Shown one piece after another: positions 11,899 to 24,569 of a stretch of 64,000 nucleotides of DNA. Position 1 is the first letter of the stretch; every line of letters begins with the position of its first letter. The notes under the pieces are model-generated. The model made no database searches, was not told the DNA's origin, and saw only the letters and a list, made by a program, of their open reading frames with translations. The stretch is from the NCBI RefSeq assembly GCF_018350175.1, contig NC_058368.1, positions 231,572,001 to 231,636,000 of the forward strand. Direction: 5' to 3'. The translations under genes and the position numbers were made by a program. This DNA is from Felis catus. Its lineage: Eukaryota.

Positions 11899-12918
11899 GA
11901 AGAGGAAATGTGGACACACACCAAGATACCAGGGAGGGACACAAAGACGTCATGAAGAAGCACAAAGGGGGTGGCCGTCTGCAAGCCAGAGAAAGATCTC
12001 CGAGGAAACCAACCTGCTGGCACTTTGATCTTGGGCTTCCAGGCTCTAGAACTGCAAGAAAGGAAAAAAAAAAAAAAAATCTGTTGAATTTTGTTAGGGC
12101 CGCCTGAACAGAGTAACATGGCATCAAAAATATTCTCATCTATTATCATCTGAACGTTTTATATTTTTGGTTTGGGCACTGAGCACTTAAATTAAACTGG
12201 AATTTATTTCTGCTTGCGGTGCGAGGCAAGGGTTCCGTTCCGCGTTTCCCCTGTGGATGTCTAATTGTGTCTGCGTGGTTTACTGAAAAGTCCATTGTCT
12301 CCTACTTACTTGCCACGCTCCCCCTGCCCTTTCTCTACTAGCCACGTGAGCCTCTGCGTGTGTGTTTTAGCTGTGTATTCTGTTCCAGGCGTCAACTTCT
12401 CTATGTCCACACCAGCACCACTGTGTCTTCATGACCTGACACCGATAACCAGTCTTGGCATCTGGGAAAGCAAGTCCCAACACTTTGTTCTTCATCAGTG
12501 TCTTTGCAATTCCGGCGCCTTTTACTTTTTCATCTGTGTCTTCGAATCCGCTGGTCAGTTTCCACTCGTGCACACGCCCATATTAACCTGCTAATGTTTC
12601 GATTGGGATCGCGTTGAATTTATCACTAATTTGAGGAACTGACGTCTTGGAAAAACCTTTAAGATATTGAAGCTTTGATTCCACGAACATGGTAAATGCA
12701 CTTACCATAAAGTTTAGTGATTTTCTCTGAAGAGGTCTTATACATGTTTTGTTACATTTATTCTTTGTACCCTTGTATTTTGTGATGTTATGGTCCACGG
12801 CATCAATTTTAAAAAGGTCTATTTTTTGTTTATTGTGATATACATATAAAACGATTTCATAGGTACGTAAAGGGGTTGTACAACTTTACTGAAGTAAAAC
12901 ACGCCATGTGTATTTAAA

Positions 12919-13135
12919 TTTTTTAAATGTGTATTTAGATTTGAGTGAGAGAGAGAGACAGAGCACGAGTGGGGGGGGGAGGGGCAGAGAGAGAGAGGGA
13001 GACACAGACTCCGAAGCAGGCTCCAGGCTCCGAGCTGTCAGCACAGAGCCCGACGTGGGGCTCGAACCCACGAACAGTGAGATCATGACCTGAGCCGAAG
13101 TCAGATGCTTACCCGACTGAGCCACCTGGTGCCCC
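12919..13135 (-). mobile_element. Can-SINE
   Basis: TSD gccatgtgtatttaaa at 12903 and 13138. Confidence 0.95.
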
Positions 13136-13674
13136 AAGCCATGTGTATTTAAAGTCTACAACCTGATCAGTTTTAATGTATGTACATACCCATGAAACCA
13201 TCGCCACAAATGTGGTAAACATTTCTATTATCGCCACCAGATTCCCTGTCCTTTGTGATCCATTTCTTCCTCTGTCTGTTCCCTGGCAGCGAGCCACTCA
13301 TCACTCGTGTGCTTATGGGCCACCTGTATGTCTTCCTTGGTACAGTGTTCAAATCCTTTGCCCATTTTAAAACTCGGGTACTTTGTCTTCTTAACATTGA
13401 TTTGTGGCAGCTCTTTCTATATTCTTTCCACACGCCCTCTGTCAGGTGCATGTGTTGTCGACATTGTCTCCCACCCTGACTTTGCCTTTATACCTTTTAA
13501 GTTACATCTAGGAACAAAAGTTTAAATTTTTTTTTCTTTTTCCACTTTATGCTTTTTGAATTCTAGCTGAGAAACCTTTGCCTACTACGGGGTCACAAAC
13601 ATTTTCTGCTGTTTTCTCTTAGGAGTTTTGTAGTTTAGGTTTTACATTTTTGTCTATGATGTATTTCCAGTTAA

Positions 13675-13838
13675 GTTTTTTTAATCTCTATTTTTGAGAG
13701 GGCACGAGTGGGGGACAGTGAGCACAGAGAGAGGCGGACAGAGGATCCGAAGCAGGCGCCTCACTGACAGGCTGACAGCAGCAAGCTGGGTGTGGGGCTC
13801 AAACTCACAAACCTGTGACGGAGCTACCCGGGGGCCCC
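13675..13838 (-). mobile_element. Can-SINE with internal deletion
   Basis: Head jumps from gggtagctc to the pre-B-box region; imperfect TSD tattt(cc/tg)agttaa. Confidence 0.85.
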
Positions 13839-13915
13839 TATTTTGAGTTAATTTTTATGTGCGGTGTGAAGTAAGGGTTGGTGCCCCTTTTTGCCCTTTT
13901 ATTGGATGTCCATTT

Positions 13916-14130
13916 TAAAAAAAAATTTAAATGTTTGTTTATTTTTGAGAAAGAGAGACAGAGTGAGAGTAGGGGAGGGGCAGAGAGAGAGGGAGACACA
14001 GAATCCAAAGCAGGGTCCAGATTCTGAGCCATCAGCACAGAGCCCGATGCAGGGCTCGAATTCACGAACCGCGAGATCATGACCTGAGCCGAAGTCGGGG
14101 GCTCAACCGACTGAGCCACCCAGGTGCCCC
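13916..14130 (-). mobile_element. Can-SINE
   Basis: TSD ggatgtccattt at 13904 and 14131. Confidence 0.95.
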
Positions 14131-14841
14131 GGATGTCCATTTGATGGCACATCATTTGTTGAAGACTTTCCCTTCCACACTGAATTGCCTTGACAACTTT
14201 ATAAAAAGACCTGTTTCTGGACTCGCTCTTCTGTTGCACTTGTATATGTCTTTTGTCCAAACCAAGCCATACTCATTGTTATTGCTTTATAGTAAGTCTT
14301 AATCAAGTGTTCATCCAGGTTGGTGTAAATCCTCACACTTTGCTCTCACCTCACAAAATTGTTTTGGTTCTACTAGGTCCATTCAATTCCATATACACTT
14401 TAAAACACCTGCTGGAGTTCGATTTGAAATGTATTAAATCTTGACACTGATCTAGAAGAATTGGCATTTAACTAACTATATTGACCCTATTAACTTCATT
14501 GAATCTTACAATTTAGTAACATGGAATATCTCTCCACTTACTTAATACTTTGATTTCTCTCAGCTATGTCTGTAGTTTTTATTGCAGAGATCGCGATGTC
14601 TTTGTAAAATTTTTTCCTAGGAATTTTATGTTTTTTTGGTACTACCATAAGTGAAATTTTTGAAAAATTCATTTTCCAAATGCTTGATGCTAATGCAACA
14701 TAGTAATTATATTAGTACAATAGATCTTATATTCTTTTTATTTTTATATACGATTTGCATATTTTTGTACACAATGTATTTTTATATGACCCTCATTGAG
14801 CAAACTTACTAAGCTCATTTATAATTTATAATTAACATCTT

Positions 14842-15053
14842 GGGGCGCCTGGGTGGCGCAGTCGGTTAAGCGTCCGACTTCAGCCAGGTCACGATCTCGC
14901 GGTCCGGGAGTTCAAGCCCCGCGTCAGGCTCTGGGCTGATGGCTCAGAGCCTGGAGCCTGTTTCTGATTCTGTGTCTCCCTCTCTCTCTGCCCCTCCCCC
15001 GTTCATGCTCTGTCTCTCTCTGTCCCAAAAATAAATAAATGTTGAAAAAAAAT
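14842..15053 (+). mobile_element. Young Can-SINE (SINEC_Fc-type)
   Basis: CpG-intact ggcgcagtcggttaagcgtccgacttcagccaggtcacgatctcgcgg; flanking repeat tttataatttataattaacatctt. Confidence 0.97.
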
Positions 15054-15164
15054 TTTATAATTTATAATTAACATCTTTAGATTATTTTGTGTTTTCTACA
15101 AACACAATCATACTGTCTTCAAGTAAACTCGAAGAAACTCTGTTTTAAATTTTTATACATTTTT

Positions 15165-15385
15165 TTTTAATTTTTTTTTCAACGTTTTTTATTTATTTTT
15201 GGGACAGAGAGAAACAGAGCATGAACGGGGGAGGGGCAGAGAGAGAGGGAGACACAGAATCGGAAACAGGCTCCAGGCTCCGAGCCATCAGCCCAGAGCC
15301 TGACGTGGGGCTCGAACTCACAGACCGCGAGATCGTGACCTGGCTGAAGTCGGACGCTCAACCGACTGCGCCACCCGGGCGCCCC
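15165..15385 (-). mobile_element. Young Can-SINE (SINEC_Fc-type)
   Basis: TSD taaatttttatacattttt at 15146 and 15386. Confidence 0.97.
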
Positions 15386-15871
15386 TAAATTTTTATACAT
15401 TTTTAAAAGTATTACCATGCTGGATAGAACTTACAATACAACCTCAAGCAGAAATAGTGCTAACAAACATTATTTTCCTGTTCCTGATTACAAAGCAAAA
15501 AGTTTCATCATTCTATTTCCAAATAATAAGTGGGTTTTAGATACCCTTTATCAAATTTCGGAAATTCTGTGATGCTTTGTTTATATAAATGATTTTTTCA
15601 TGAATAGATGTTGAATTTTGTCAGCAGCATTTCCTGGGATTATCTGTATCTGTTGGAGATACATTGAGGTGCATTAATTTCTAATATTAAATCAAGCTTG
15701 CATTCTTAGAATGAACCCAGTGGGTTTATTCTTGAACATTAGGTACTCTAGTGAAAAATAAAATTGCTGAATCAATATGCTGATATTTGTTTAGGATTTT
15801 TCATTCTTGATCTTGGGCATTTGGGTTTTCTTGATTTTAATTTATTTATTTTTAATCAACCTCAGGAGAAG

Positions 15872-15953
15872 TTTTCCAAATAAGGTAGCATTCACAGGTT
15901 CTGGACATTATGATGGGGAAATGCCTTTTTCGGGGCCACCATTCAGCCCACTA
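15872..15953 (-). mobile_element. MLT1 LTR 5' terminal fragment
   Basis: ccaaataaggtagcattcacaggttc...ggggccaccattcagcccacta is an antisense MLT1 start. Confidence 0.65.
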
Positions 15954-16253
15954 GAGGCACATATGAATTAAAATATTTATGTCTTCCTGGTGAATTAAAT
16001 CCTTTCTAACTATAAGAGAATCTTCTTTATCTACAGCAATATTTATTGCCTTAAAGTCTATTTTACCTAATGTTATAAGAGCCACAGATTTTCTCTTTTG
16101 GTTAGAATCATGCCAGAGGTGTTTTTGAATTCTGTTATCCAACCTTTCTGGATCCTTATGTTTGGGATGTATCTGTTGTGCACAACATATAGCTGGGATT
16201 TTAGAAATCTATTGCATGATCTTTGCTTTTTCCTGGAAACTTTAATCAATTTA

Positions 16254-16480
16254 TTTTTTTTTTTAATTTTTTTTTAACGTTTATTTACTTTTGAGACAGA
16301 GAGAGACAGAGCATGAGCGGGGGAGGGTCAGAGAGAGAGAGGGAGACGCAGAATCTGAAGCAGGCTCCAGGCTCTGAGCTGTCAGCACAGAGCCTGACGC
16401 GGGGCTCGAACTCACGAACCGTGAGATCATGACCTGAGCCGAAGTCGGACGCTTAACCGACTGAGCCACCCAGGCGCCCC
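16254..16480 (-). mobile_element. Can-SINE
   Basis: Imperfect TSD actttaatc..ttta. Confidence 0.95.
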
Positions 16481-16951
16481 GACTTTAATCGGTTTACATT
16501 TAATATAGTTAGAGTTTAGATGTATCATCATTTTGCTGTATTTTCAATTTGCCCTTTCTTTTTCTTTTCTTTTTGTCTTATTTATTATTTTTGTGTGACT
16601 GAATATTTCTTATCAATCTATTTTTTGCATCTTCTTGTTTTGAAGGGAAATATTGTCTTTTTTTAGGCGCTATCTTAGAAATCACGGCCTATTAGCAATT
16701 TATCACAGTATAAACGAAATATCTTTACTTTTCAAAGAGTCTGAGGATTTGAGAAAATAACGCGCAACTCCTGTTACGTAGCATTCTCAACCTTAGTTGA
16801 GACAGGCTGTATATCCATCCTTAAAGGCATGAATAGCCCTTTGGGGTGAGAAAATACCAAAACCTTAGTTTGATAATTGTACTTCATTTATTTAGCCTTC
16901 CCTGCTTTTTGTATATTTATGTTGAATCCAATGTTACAACTTCCTTCATTC

Positions 16952-17187
16952 TTTTTTTTTAATGTTTATTATTTTTGAGAGAGAGAGAGTGTGTTTGTGT
17001 GTGTGTGTGAGTGAGAGAGAGTGGGGGAGGGGCAGAGAGAGAGAGAGGGAGACACAGAATCTGAAGCAGACTCCAGGCTCTGAGCTGTCAGCACAGAACC
17101 TGGACGCGGAGCTTGAACTTGTGAACTGGGAGATCGTGACCTGAGCCAAAGTCAGACACTTAACCGACTGAGCCACCCAGGCTCCCC
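16952..17187 (-). mobile_element. Can-SINE with (CA)n in the linker
   Basis: Full length, antisense. Confidence 0.95.
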
Positions 17188-17245
17188 ACAAATTCATTCT
17201 TAACTTTGATACTTGGTTGTTTTTGTTTTTGTTTTTAGCCAATTG

Positions 17246-17420
17246 TTTTTGTTTCTTTTTTTGAGAGAGAGAGAGAAAGAGAGACAGAGCATGAACGAGA
17301 GAGGGAGAGAACCCTAAGCAGGCTCCGTGCTCAGTGCAGAGACCAACATGGGACCCGGTCCCACAACCCTAGGATCACTACCTGAGCCACAACCAAGAGT
17401 CTGAGCCATCCAAGCGCCCC
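17246..17420 (-). mobile_element. Older, diverged Can-SINE
   Basis: TSD tagc(c/t)aattg. Confidence 0.85.
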
Positions 17421-17599
17421 TAGCTAATTGGTCTCTACTTTCCTTTTTGCTTCTGGAGTTTGAGCATATCCTTGAATTTGTGGTCTTATATTGCATCAAA
17501 CAGCCTCTATCCCTTAATTATAACACTGATTGGTAAAGCCCTGATCCCTCAGCCTGAGAAGGAAGATACAGATTGTTATAGAAATGTTACTTTAGGGAG

Positions 17600-18102
17600 T
17601 GTTACGAGTTGAATAATGCCCTCTTCAAATTTTAACATGGAAGTCTTAATCCTCAATGCCTCAGGATATGACCATATTTGGAAATAGGGTTGTTGCAGAT
17701 GTAATTAATTAAGATTAAGATGTAATTAATTAATTAAGAATTAAGATTACGGAACCGGGTCAGCTGCTAATTCAATATGACTGCCATCCTTCTTGAAAGG
17801 GGGAAATTTATGCGCAAAGACACATACACAGAGAGAATGACATGTGAGCATGAAGACACAAATCAGGTCCAGAGTTCAGGCGGTGTTTCTTTGGCCAAGG
17901 AACGCCAACCGTTCCGCCCTGCTACCCTCCCGAAGCCAGGAAAGTGGCCTGGTGCAGTTTCTTCCTCCAGCCTCAGAAGGAAACATCCCTGCTGACATTC
18001 TGCTCTTGGACTTCCGCCCTCCAGGGCTGTGAGACAATACATTTCAGTTTCAACCACGCAGTCTCTGGCACTTTGTCACAGGAGCTCTACCAAACCAGTA
18101 TA
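17600..18102 (+). mobile_element. MLT1B/C-type MaLR solo LTR
   Basis: tgttacgagttgaat...atttggaaatagggttgttgcagatgtaatt...ggacttccgccctccagggctgtgagacaata; perfect 5-bp TSD gggag at 17595 and 18103. Confidence 0.9.
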
Positions 18103-18558
18103 GGGAGATGGCGTGAGTGACACTGAAATGAAGGGTAATTAAAAATCGGGAGAACTCTTTCCATTTAGGCCAAGAGAAATTATAGGGAGGTGGATTTGGG
18201 ATTCAGTACCTTTTAGTCTCTTTGTCCTTCTCATCACTCTCACCCGTATTTTTTCCTCTCGTGGCCCTCCATCGTTGGTCACTCGGCCTCCATTCTTCTG
18301 CCTCAAGTACTTTGACGTGCCCACTCGCCTCGTGCCAGGAGCCTCTGTTACCCCAACAAGGTTACATTCCTGCAGGGGCACCCCTGGTTCTCCCAGTTCG
18401 AGGATCCAGAGAATTCTGCTGGCTTCACGTGTGTCCTGGGATCAGCCAACTTTCCACTCCAGGCTCTCAAAGATTACACGGGAGAGGAAAGGCAGTGCAA
18501 CTTGGTCTCAAATGCCCTCTCTTCCCTCCGGGCACAGAGCAAAAGAACGATTTTTCTT

Positions 18559-18784
18559 TTTTTAAAAAAAATTTTTTTTTTCAACGTTTATTTATTTTTG
18601 GGACAGAGAGAGACAGAGCATGAACGGGGGAGGGGCAGAGAGAGAGGGAGACACAGAATTGGAAACAGGCTCGAGGCTCTGAGCCATCAGCCCAGAGCCC
18701 GACGCGGGGCTCGAACTCCCGGACCGCGAGATCGTGACCTGGCTGAAGTCGGACGCTTAACCGACTGCGCCACCCAGGCGCCCC
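18559..18784 (-). mobile_element. Young Can-SINE (SINEC_Fc-type)
   Basis: Perfect TSD aagaacgatttttctt at 18543 and 18785. Confidence 0.97.
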
Positions 18785-21715
18785 AAGAACGATTTTTCTT
18801 ATGTATTTCCCAATGCGAAACATTTTCTGCACTCACCAGCTGAGTTAGAAAACTTTGAGATGGTTACCTGGGAGAAGTGTCATGCTCATTCATTGACTGG
18901 GAAGGATGCCAACAGGATAAATGAGACATGTTTTTGTTGTCGTTGTTTGCCTTCAAGAACGCAGCCGGAGATGGAAGCTAAGGCTGAACAGCAGCGTCAC
19001 CTGTCACCCTCTGAAGCTGCGCAGAGGGGTCAGTACTGCGGGTGAACCCACCCATCCTCATGGTCCATTCCCCTGCGGTCTCACTTTCGAGAGGATTTAT
19101 ATTTTGGAGTCCCGCTAGAGATTACTTCGGAGACAGATGAAAGGAAACAATTTATAATTGTTCAACGTGTGTGCACAGGTCAACATATCTGCCCAAATTA
19201 TCTGCCTTCTTAGGAATCACAGTTCTCGGGAGATTTATAGAAGGCACTGGGTTGCAATCACAGTATTAAATTTAGTGACCTTCAAAGGAAACGGGGAGCA
19301 AATTATAGCTTCTTCAACTCGTACATGCCTGGAGTTGGCCATTCGTCCTGCTACCAGACAAATGAGCATTGTAGTGACTTCATGCTAGAAAGAGGAGAGA
19401 ATGAAAAAAAAAAATTCTGGGCAGCGAAGTTGAGTTTGGACACACTTATGGTCTACAATTAAGTCATCCAAAGATCCTAATGTCAAACTCTTGGAGTCAT
19501 TCTAATTGAAAAATGAGTGGGTCCTGAATGCTTTTGAAGATCTAAAGATGCGTGTATATCGGTAAATAAAATTAGAAGTTAATTTCTTCAAAACCTTTTA
19601 TGTAAGACACCCCAGAGGCTAGAGCTTGACTCATTATTAAAAATAATTTTTCTTCTTGCAGAAAAATGTTTCAAGCACCACTGTGATGTTCTGTAGGTGA
19701 TATATTACCTTCTTGGAGGAATGCAACATTTCAAGCTGTCACAGTGAGGTATTCCTTCTATAGTGGGTGTTTCAACTTTTCTTCTTTTCTCTCTTATTCT
19801 TTTTTTAATGTCTCTGAACATTCATGATGGATACTTAAGCCCTAGTCAAGCCTCTGTCTGGAGCTGTCTAGAAACAAAGAGTGACTTTTAAAAAGCAGAC
19901 AATAAGTAGACTGGATGGATTTTATCTACAGAGAAGCACCTGACGGCCCTAGAGTGACCAGCAAAGCCTGAGGTCTTTCAGGCTCTCAGCTTCCAAATGT
20001 TACAGCCCTGAATGAACATTTATAGCCCATTTCAGAGACTGAGCACCTTCCAGGACTGGGCAGCGTGTTGGTCCAGGAACTCGGTCACCTGCTGGCCAAC
20101 GGACAGTTGTTCTGCCGGATGATCTGTTTTCCGTCGTGTGGCTTCTCCATGGTCCTCTAGCTATTTGGCACATCCTGTGGTTGACCGACTGGGACGTTCA
20201 AGCTGCACTTCTTGTGTTCCGAATGAGTCATGGGTACATTAGAGTTTGGAACGTAAGAGCAAAAACACAAATCCCAACGGAAGAAATTACTTGTGAGATC
20301 TACTGACTAAGTAGATCAATACAGTTCCTGTCTTCGGTGTCTCCAAAAAGCAAAAAACAAAAAACAAAACACACGGAACGAAAGTGCTTCCGAGTTGTAG
20401 GTGGTATCATTTCTTTGTCAATTGCAAGCTTTTAAAATTGTAGTGTCCTCCAAAGGCCACATTGGCTGCTCCTGCCACTGACGGTTTTGTCTAGCCAGCT
20501 CAGGCAGTCAGACGGTTAAGATAACCTCTGAGTTAATCAAGGTTTGCAGCTTGAGTTTGGACACGACTGCAACCAGGTTCTCAATAAGGCGGGATGTAGA
20601 GTGCCTTCTTCTCTCTGAACCCACGCTGTTGGAAAGTGGTTTACAGATGTTGGCTCAGATGGGAAGAGTTTAAACTTTTATTCACCCCTGTGTGTGGAGG
20701 CACGCCAGTCCCCGAGAGAAGCGTCTGGTGTCCTGCTTCCCCACTGGCAACCACAGGAGTCCCCGTCATGAGTTTAGCTGCTGCTTCGAGACATGTCTCA
20801 AATCTGAGCTCCACCTGGAAAGAGAAAGCATCTCTCTCCAGCTCCACGGATGCCACCAGCCAAAGCTTTAAAGGACGATGGTGTTTTCTTTCAGCTCTTT
20901 CTCCTCCTCTCTCCGACTTCCAGGTCTGGGACTTTTTAACGAATGGATTCCAAAATTAGAAGAGGAGAGCGATTCCTTCCCAACACCTCACATCGCCCAG
21001 CCGTGTGCTTTTCTGTTTGGACGAGGTGACGCCGTGTCTGAGAGACAAATCTTTCATTGGGACCTCCGACCTGATGTGCACATTCGTGCCCATCTGTTTG
21101 GGTGGCAGGAGGCCTTTGGAGGGTGGCACCAGCCAGTTCCGAGAAGGCTCATTTGCCAGTGGAGAAGCTGGCTCAGGGGTGCAGCCTGCAGAACACAGAG
21201 TGTGCCAACGCTCCTGCCAAGAGAACCTTCTGTTTGGCAACAGTGCCTGAACAGGGCCGCGTGCGGCTCGACAATGGGCAGCATCTGCTGATGGGAAGCT
21301 GGCCGTGATGTGCTCTCTGTGATCGATCCCGCGGCACGCAACCACTCAGCTCCCTGTAGGACAAGCTAACGGCGGATACCTCATTTAAGCAAGCAAGTTC
21401 TAACATCACTTATGCGTGGTGGCAGTATTTATCAGATGCCTACTCTTTGCCAGTCATTGTGCTAGCTATTTCCGGACGGTGTAGATGAATTTGACGTGGA
21501 TCTGAGCTTTAAGAGGCTGATAGCAGCAACAGAAATAGGCATCCGCACACAGCGTTTGTTAACTTGAGAGGAATGCCGTAAGCTAGACAGAAACACGCCA
21601 AAGTCAGAGATGTGCTCGCGAAGCACGGAGGAGGGAAGAAGATGCTCAGCCAAAGGGCTGGAGGAGAGCGGTGTGTGGGTGGGGCCTTCAGGTCGTGTTT
21701 AAAAAAAATGTCTAA

Positions 21716-21910
21716 GGGCGTCTGGGTGGCTCAGTCGGTTGAGCGTCCGACTTCGGTTCAGGTCACGATCTCGCGGCTCAGGAGTTCGAGCCCCACGTCT
21801 GTGTTGACAGCTCAGAGCCTGAAGGCTGCTTCAGATTCTGTGCTTCCTCTTTCTCTGCCCCTCCCCCTCCCTCTTTTAAAAATAATAAACATTAAAAAAA
21901 ATTTTTTTTA
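21716..21910 (+). mobile_element. Can-SINE
   Basis: Head gggcgtctgggtggctcagtcgg, A-rich tail. Confidence 0.95.
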
Positions 21911-21949
21911 AGTCTAAAATAGATCCACTCACCACGTGTAATGTTTTAT

Positions 21950-22400
21950 GCAAGATTAGACATGGGGCAAAGGAAAAGATGTGTGGATGTTCCTAAGCGG
22001 TTGAAACCTGATGCCTGTGAATATAAGGCTCTTTGTAGAATGATTTGAAAAGGCTGTTTTGAGAGAGGAAGATCCATTCAGATTTCAGCTTGTGAGATTT
22101 GTGTGTTTGGGGGACATCCGTGAGGTGTCCTACAGGTACCTACATAAATGGAACTTGAGAGAGGGTGAGTGGTCCTAGCTGGGCTATAGCTTTGGGAAAT
22201 GTTTTCCCAGTTCATAGCTACACCTCGGGGTTAATGATGCTACTGAGACGTTCAGCAGCCAAGAGCAGATGGTCTGGGATGGAAATTTTGAGGCTGCCCT
22301 CAGTTATCTCTGAGGGAAAAGGAGCCTTCAGAAGAAAATTAGAGAGAGAGAGAAGCTAAATAAATGCACGGTCGGTGAGGCAGAAAAGTGTGGGTCAATT
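21950..22400 (-). mobile_element. L2 fragment
   Basis: Purine-rich antisense L2 motifs (ggacatccgtgaggtgtcc, ctgggctatagctttggga). Confidence 0.55.
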
Positions 22401-22492
22401 TTGTTTTCAGTTGGCCGGCTTAGTTTGGCACATATTGAAATATTGGTGTTCTGGAGTTCTGAGCCCTCAAGAAATTTTAGGCTAAGTGGTGT

Positions 22493-22494
<2 letters not shown>

Positions 22495-22530
<36 letters not shown>
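22495..22530. repeat. (GT)18 microsatellite
   Basis: Perfect dinucleotide run. Confidence 0.95.
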
Positions 22531-22532
<2 letters not shown>

Positions 22533-23762
22533 TGACTGGTGTAGACATGAGCAAACACTTTTACTTAAATGCAGTTTCTCAGCATAGTGACTAAACATAT
22601 TCAGAGAAGGTGGATGTTGGACATTTTGGAAGAGAAGGCAGGCACGCGCTGATGGAAAGGTGTGGGAAGGTTATGGTCTTTGTTCTGGTCATTTTACCTT
22701 ATTATTCCAAGAGAGGGGACAAGGGTGTGACAGGCGAATCCAGAGAGGAGGAATGTCTGGGAAACACAGCAGGACTCGGTGTTTGTTGGACATGTATTGT
22801 CGGGGGGACACCGTGGCAAGCCTTTGAAGAGGCCTCCAGAATGCATTGGGTGCGCTCACTGCCCTCCACAAACTCGCTTTCTTGTCCCGGAGAGACAGGG
22901 TCCTGTGTATGGAAACGACGTACCAGACTCCGTGGATAAAGCGCCCAAAGTTTTGGGACTTAGTAAACTTTGCATATTGTTTATTTTCCCCTTGCACTTC
23001 CCATTTTCTGCATTCAAAGACCTTTTTTTGTTCTCTAGCCCTTTATTTGGAAATCTTCTTCGTTCCTATAAATCTCATCTAATTATATTTATGTCTCCCC
23101 CCCCCCTTTTTTTGCTCTTTTAAAAAATAGTTTATGGCTTCCATTTTCTAGCTTCTTCCTCGCAGTAATTGGTCCCAGAGTGAAACATTATCCTCGAGCT
23201 TATGCTAATAAATGAATAATATTTTTTCATTTTTTCTTTTAGATTTTATTTAGCATTTGACATTGCTTCTTGTGTTTCTGTTCGGTTTGGTTTTATTTTT
23301 GTTCTTGCTTTGGATTGTTTTCCCAGAATGTGCCTCTTGATTTCCCGGGAAATGCTCAACGCTGTTATCAATAATTATTAAGTCCGTTAGTAAGCCAAAT
23401 TAAAAAGAATAACCAATAATCCATTGCATCTGGAGGACAGTCTGCAAGCTTTTCTCATTTTATCGCTTGTTTCAGCCTTGAATTTAGGCTGAATTTGCAA
23501 ATGGGCTCATTTGATTTTGGCTTCAGCCTCTTTCCTACCCCCCCCCCCCTTTTTGCTCTCCTGTGTGATATCTAGTTCCCGTCTGTCACATTTCTGAAAT
23601 ACTCGAGGCCCAATCCTACTTGAATTAATGCAACATCCTTAGCGCCTTGTGTCTTTTTCAAAGCTAAGACACGTTGAATGTCTGTCTTACCCCCTGGAGG
23701 TGACTAACCTCACTTCTGCCTTCAACTGGGGCTTCTCCAGAAACTAATTTCACTTGCAAGTA

Positions 23763-24030
23763 ATTTATTCACCAAATATTATTAAACGTGGACTGCATGG
23801 AAAGCACGAGCCCAGGTTCTATGGGGGAGACAATGTGGAATGGACTGAGCTTTTGATGTAATGACACATATTAATCTGGCAGAAAAACATGCCGGTGGTA
23901 TCACACCCAGTACAAGGCACTGGGTCAAGGTGAGGTGAAGGGTACAAACCCCGTGACATTGAGTGCTGGGAAACAGAAATGGGTGGAATTCGCTGAAGGT
24001 GATCGTTTCGTCACAGACGATGGAGGAATT
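23763..24030 (-). mobile_element. L2 3' end fragment
   Basis: atttattcaccaaatattattaaacgtggactgcatgg resembles the antisense L2 terminus. Confidence 0.5.
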
Positions 24031-24085
24031 CCACTTGCTGTCTTTCAGGTCAGCTGGCTCAGCCCCGTTTACATTTCAATATAGA

Positions 24086-24535
24086 CAGTGGCCTGCTGGT
24101 AAATGGTTGAGAGCCGGCTCTGGGGGTCTCTGGGGGTCTCAGTCCGGTAAGCATCTGACTCTTGGTTTTGGCTCGGGTCTTGATCTCACAGTTCATGAGT
24201 TCGAGCCCCGGGTTGGGCTCTTTGCTGACAGCAAGGAGCCTGCTTGGGATTCTTTCTCTCTCTCTCTCTCTCTGCCCCTCCCCTGCTCTCTCTCTCTTTC
24301 TCTCTCAAAAATAAATAAATACACTTAAAAAAAAATAAAAGTAATAATAAAAAAATAAATAAAGAACCGGCTCTCTAGAGCTTGGAGAGGGGAGTTCTGT
24401 CGTGGATGGAACGGGGTAAATATTTCCAGTATGGCTGATTTTGAGCTGCCAACCTGATGTTCCTGTAAACACGTGGTTGGGAAGGAATGCGCAGAAGTGC
24501 CTCTCCTGAACTGAAGCCGCTCCAGTGCACCTCGG
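24086..24535 (-). mobile_element. MER63A-like hAT-Blackjack DNA transposon, split by a SINE
   Basis: Degenerate TIRs cagtggcctgctgg / ccagtgcacctcgg; internal atggctgattttgagctgccaac and ggttgggaaggaatgcgca. Confidence 0.7.
24122..24362 (+). mobile_element. Can-SINE
   Basis: TSD aga(g/a)ccggctct at 24110 and 24363. Confidence 0.95.
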
Positions 24536-24569
24536 AATGTGGGCCAGAAATGCTCAGATAGAATATTTT

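Larger units (their letters stand above)
11420..12120 (+). mobile_element. MLT1A-type MaLR solo LTR (hosts a SINE and a micro-L1)
   Basis: tgttatgggctgaat...tttggagatagggccttta...gggccctaatccaatctgactagtgtccttat...gatcttgggcttccag; approximate 5-bp TSD gtatc/gcatc. Confidence 0.9.
10150..12830 (-). mobile_element. Old L1 (L1MC/ME-type) 3' portion, interrupted by SINEs and MLT1A
   Basis: T-rich antisense L1 motifs; ORF 12367-12573 contains KTQWCW...VDAWNRI, like ORF2 KTAWYW...DQWNRI. Confidence 0.8.
12830..16800 (-). mobile_element. Old L1 fragments (3'UTR through endonuclease region), heavily interrupted
   Basis: New L1 3' end near 12830-13300; ORF 15951-16142 QKRKSVALITLGKIDFK...DKEDSLIVRKDLIHQEDINI resembles the L1 ORF2 endonuclease motif KKAGVAILISDKIDFK...IQQEDITI. 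Confidence 0.8.

Noticed and set aside
19640..19755. Plus-strand acceptor ttttcttcttgcag near 19660
   Set aside because: Stops appear in all three frames within about 40 nt, and downstream donors are weak.
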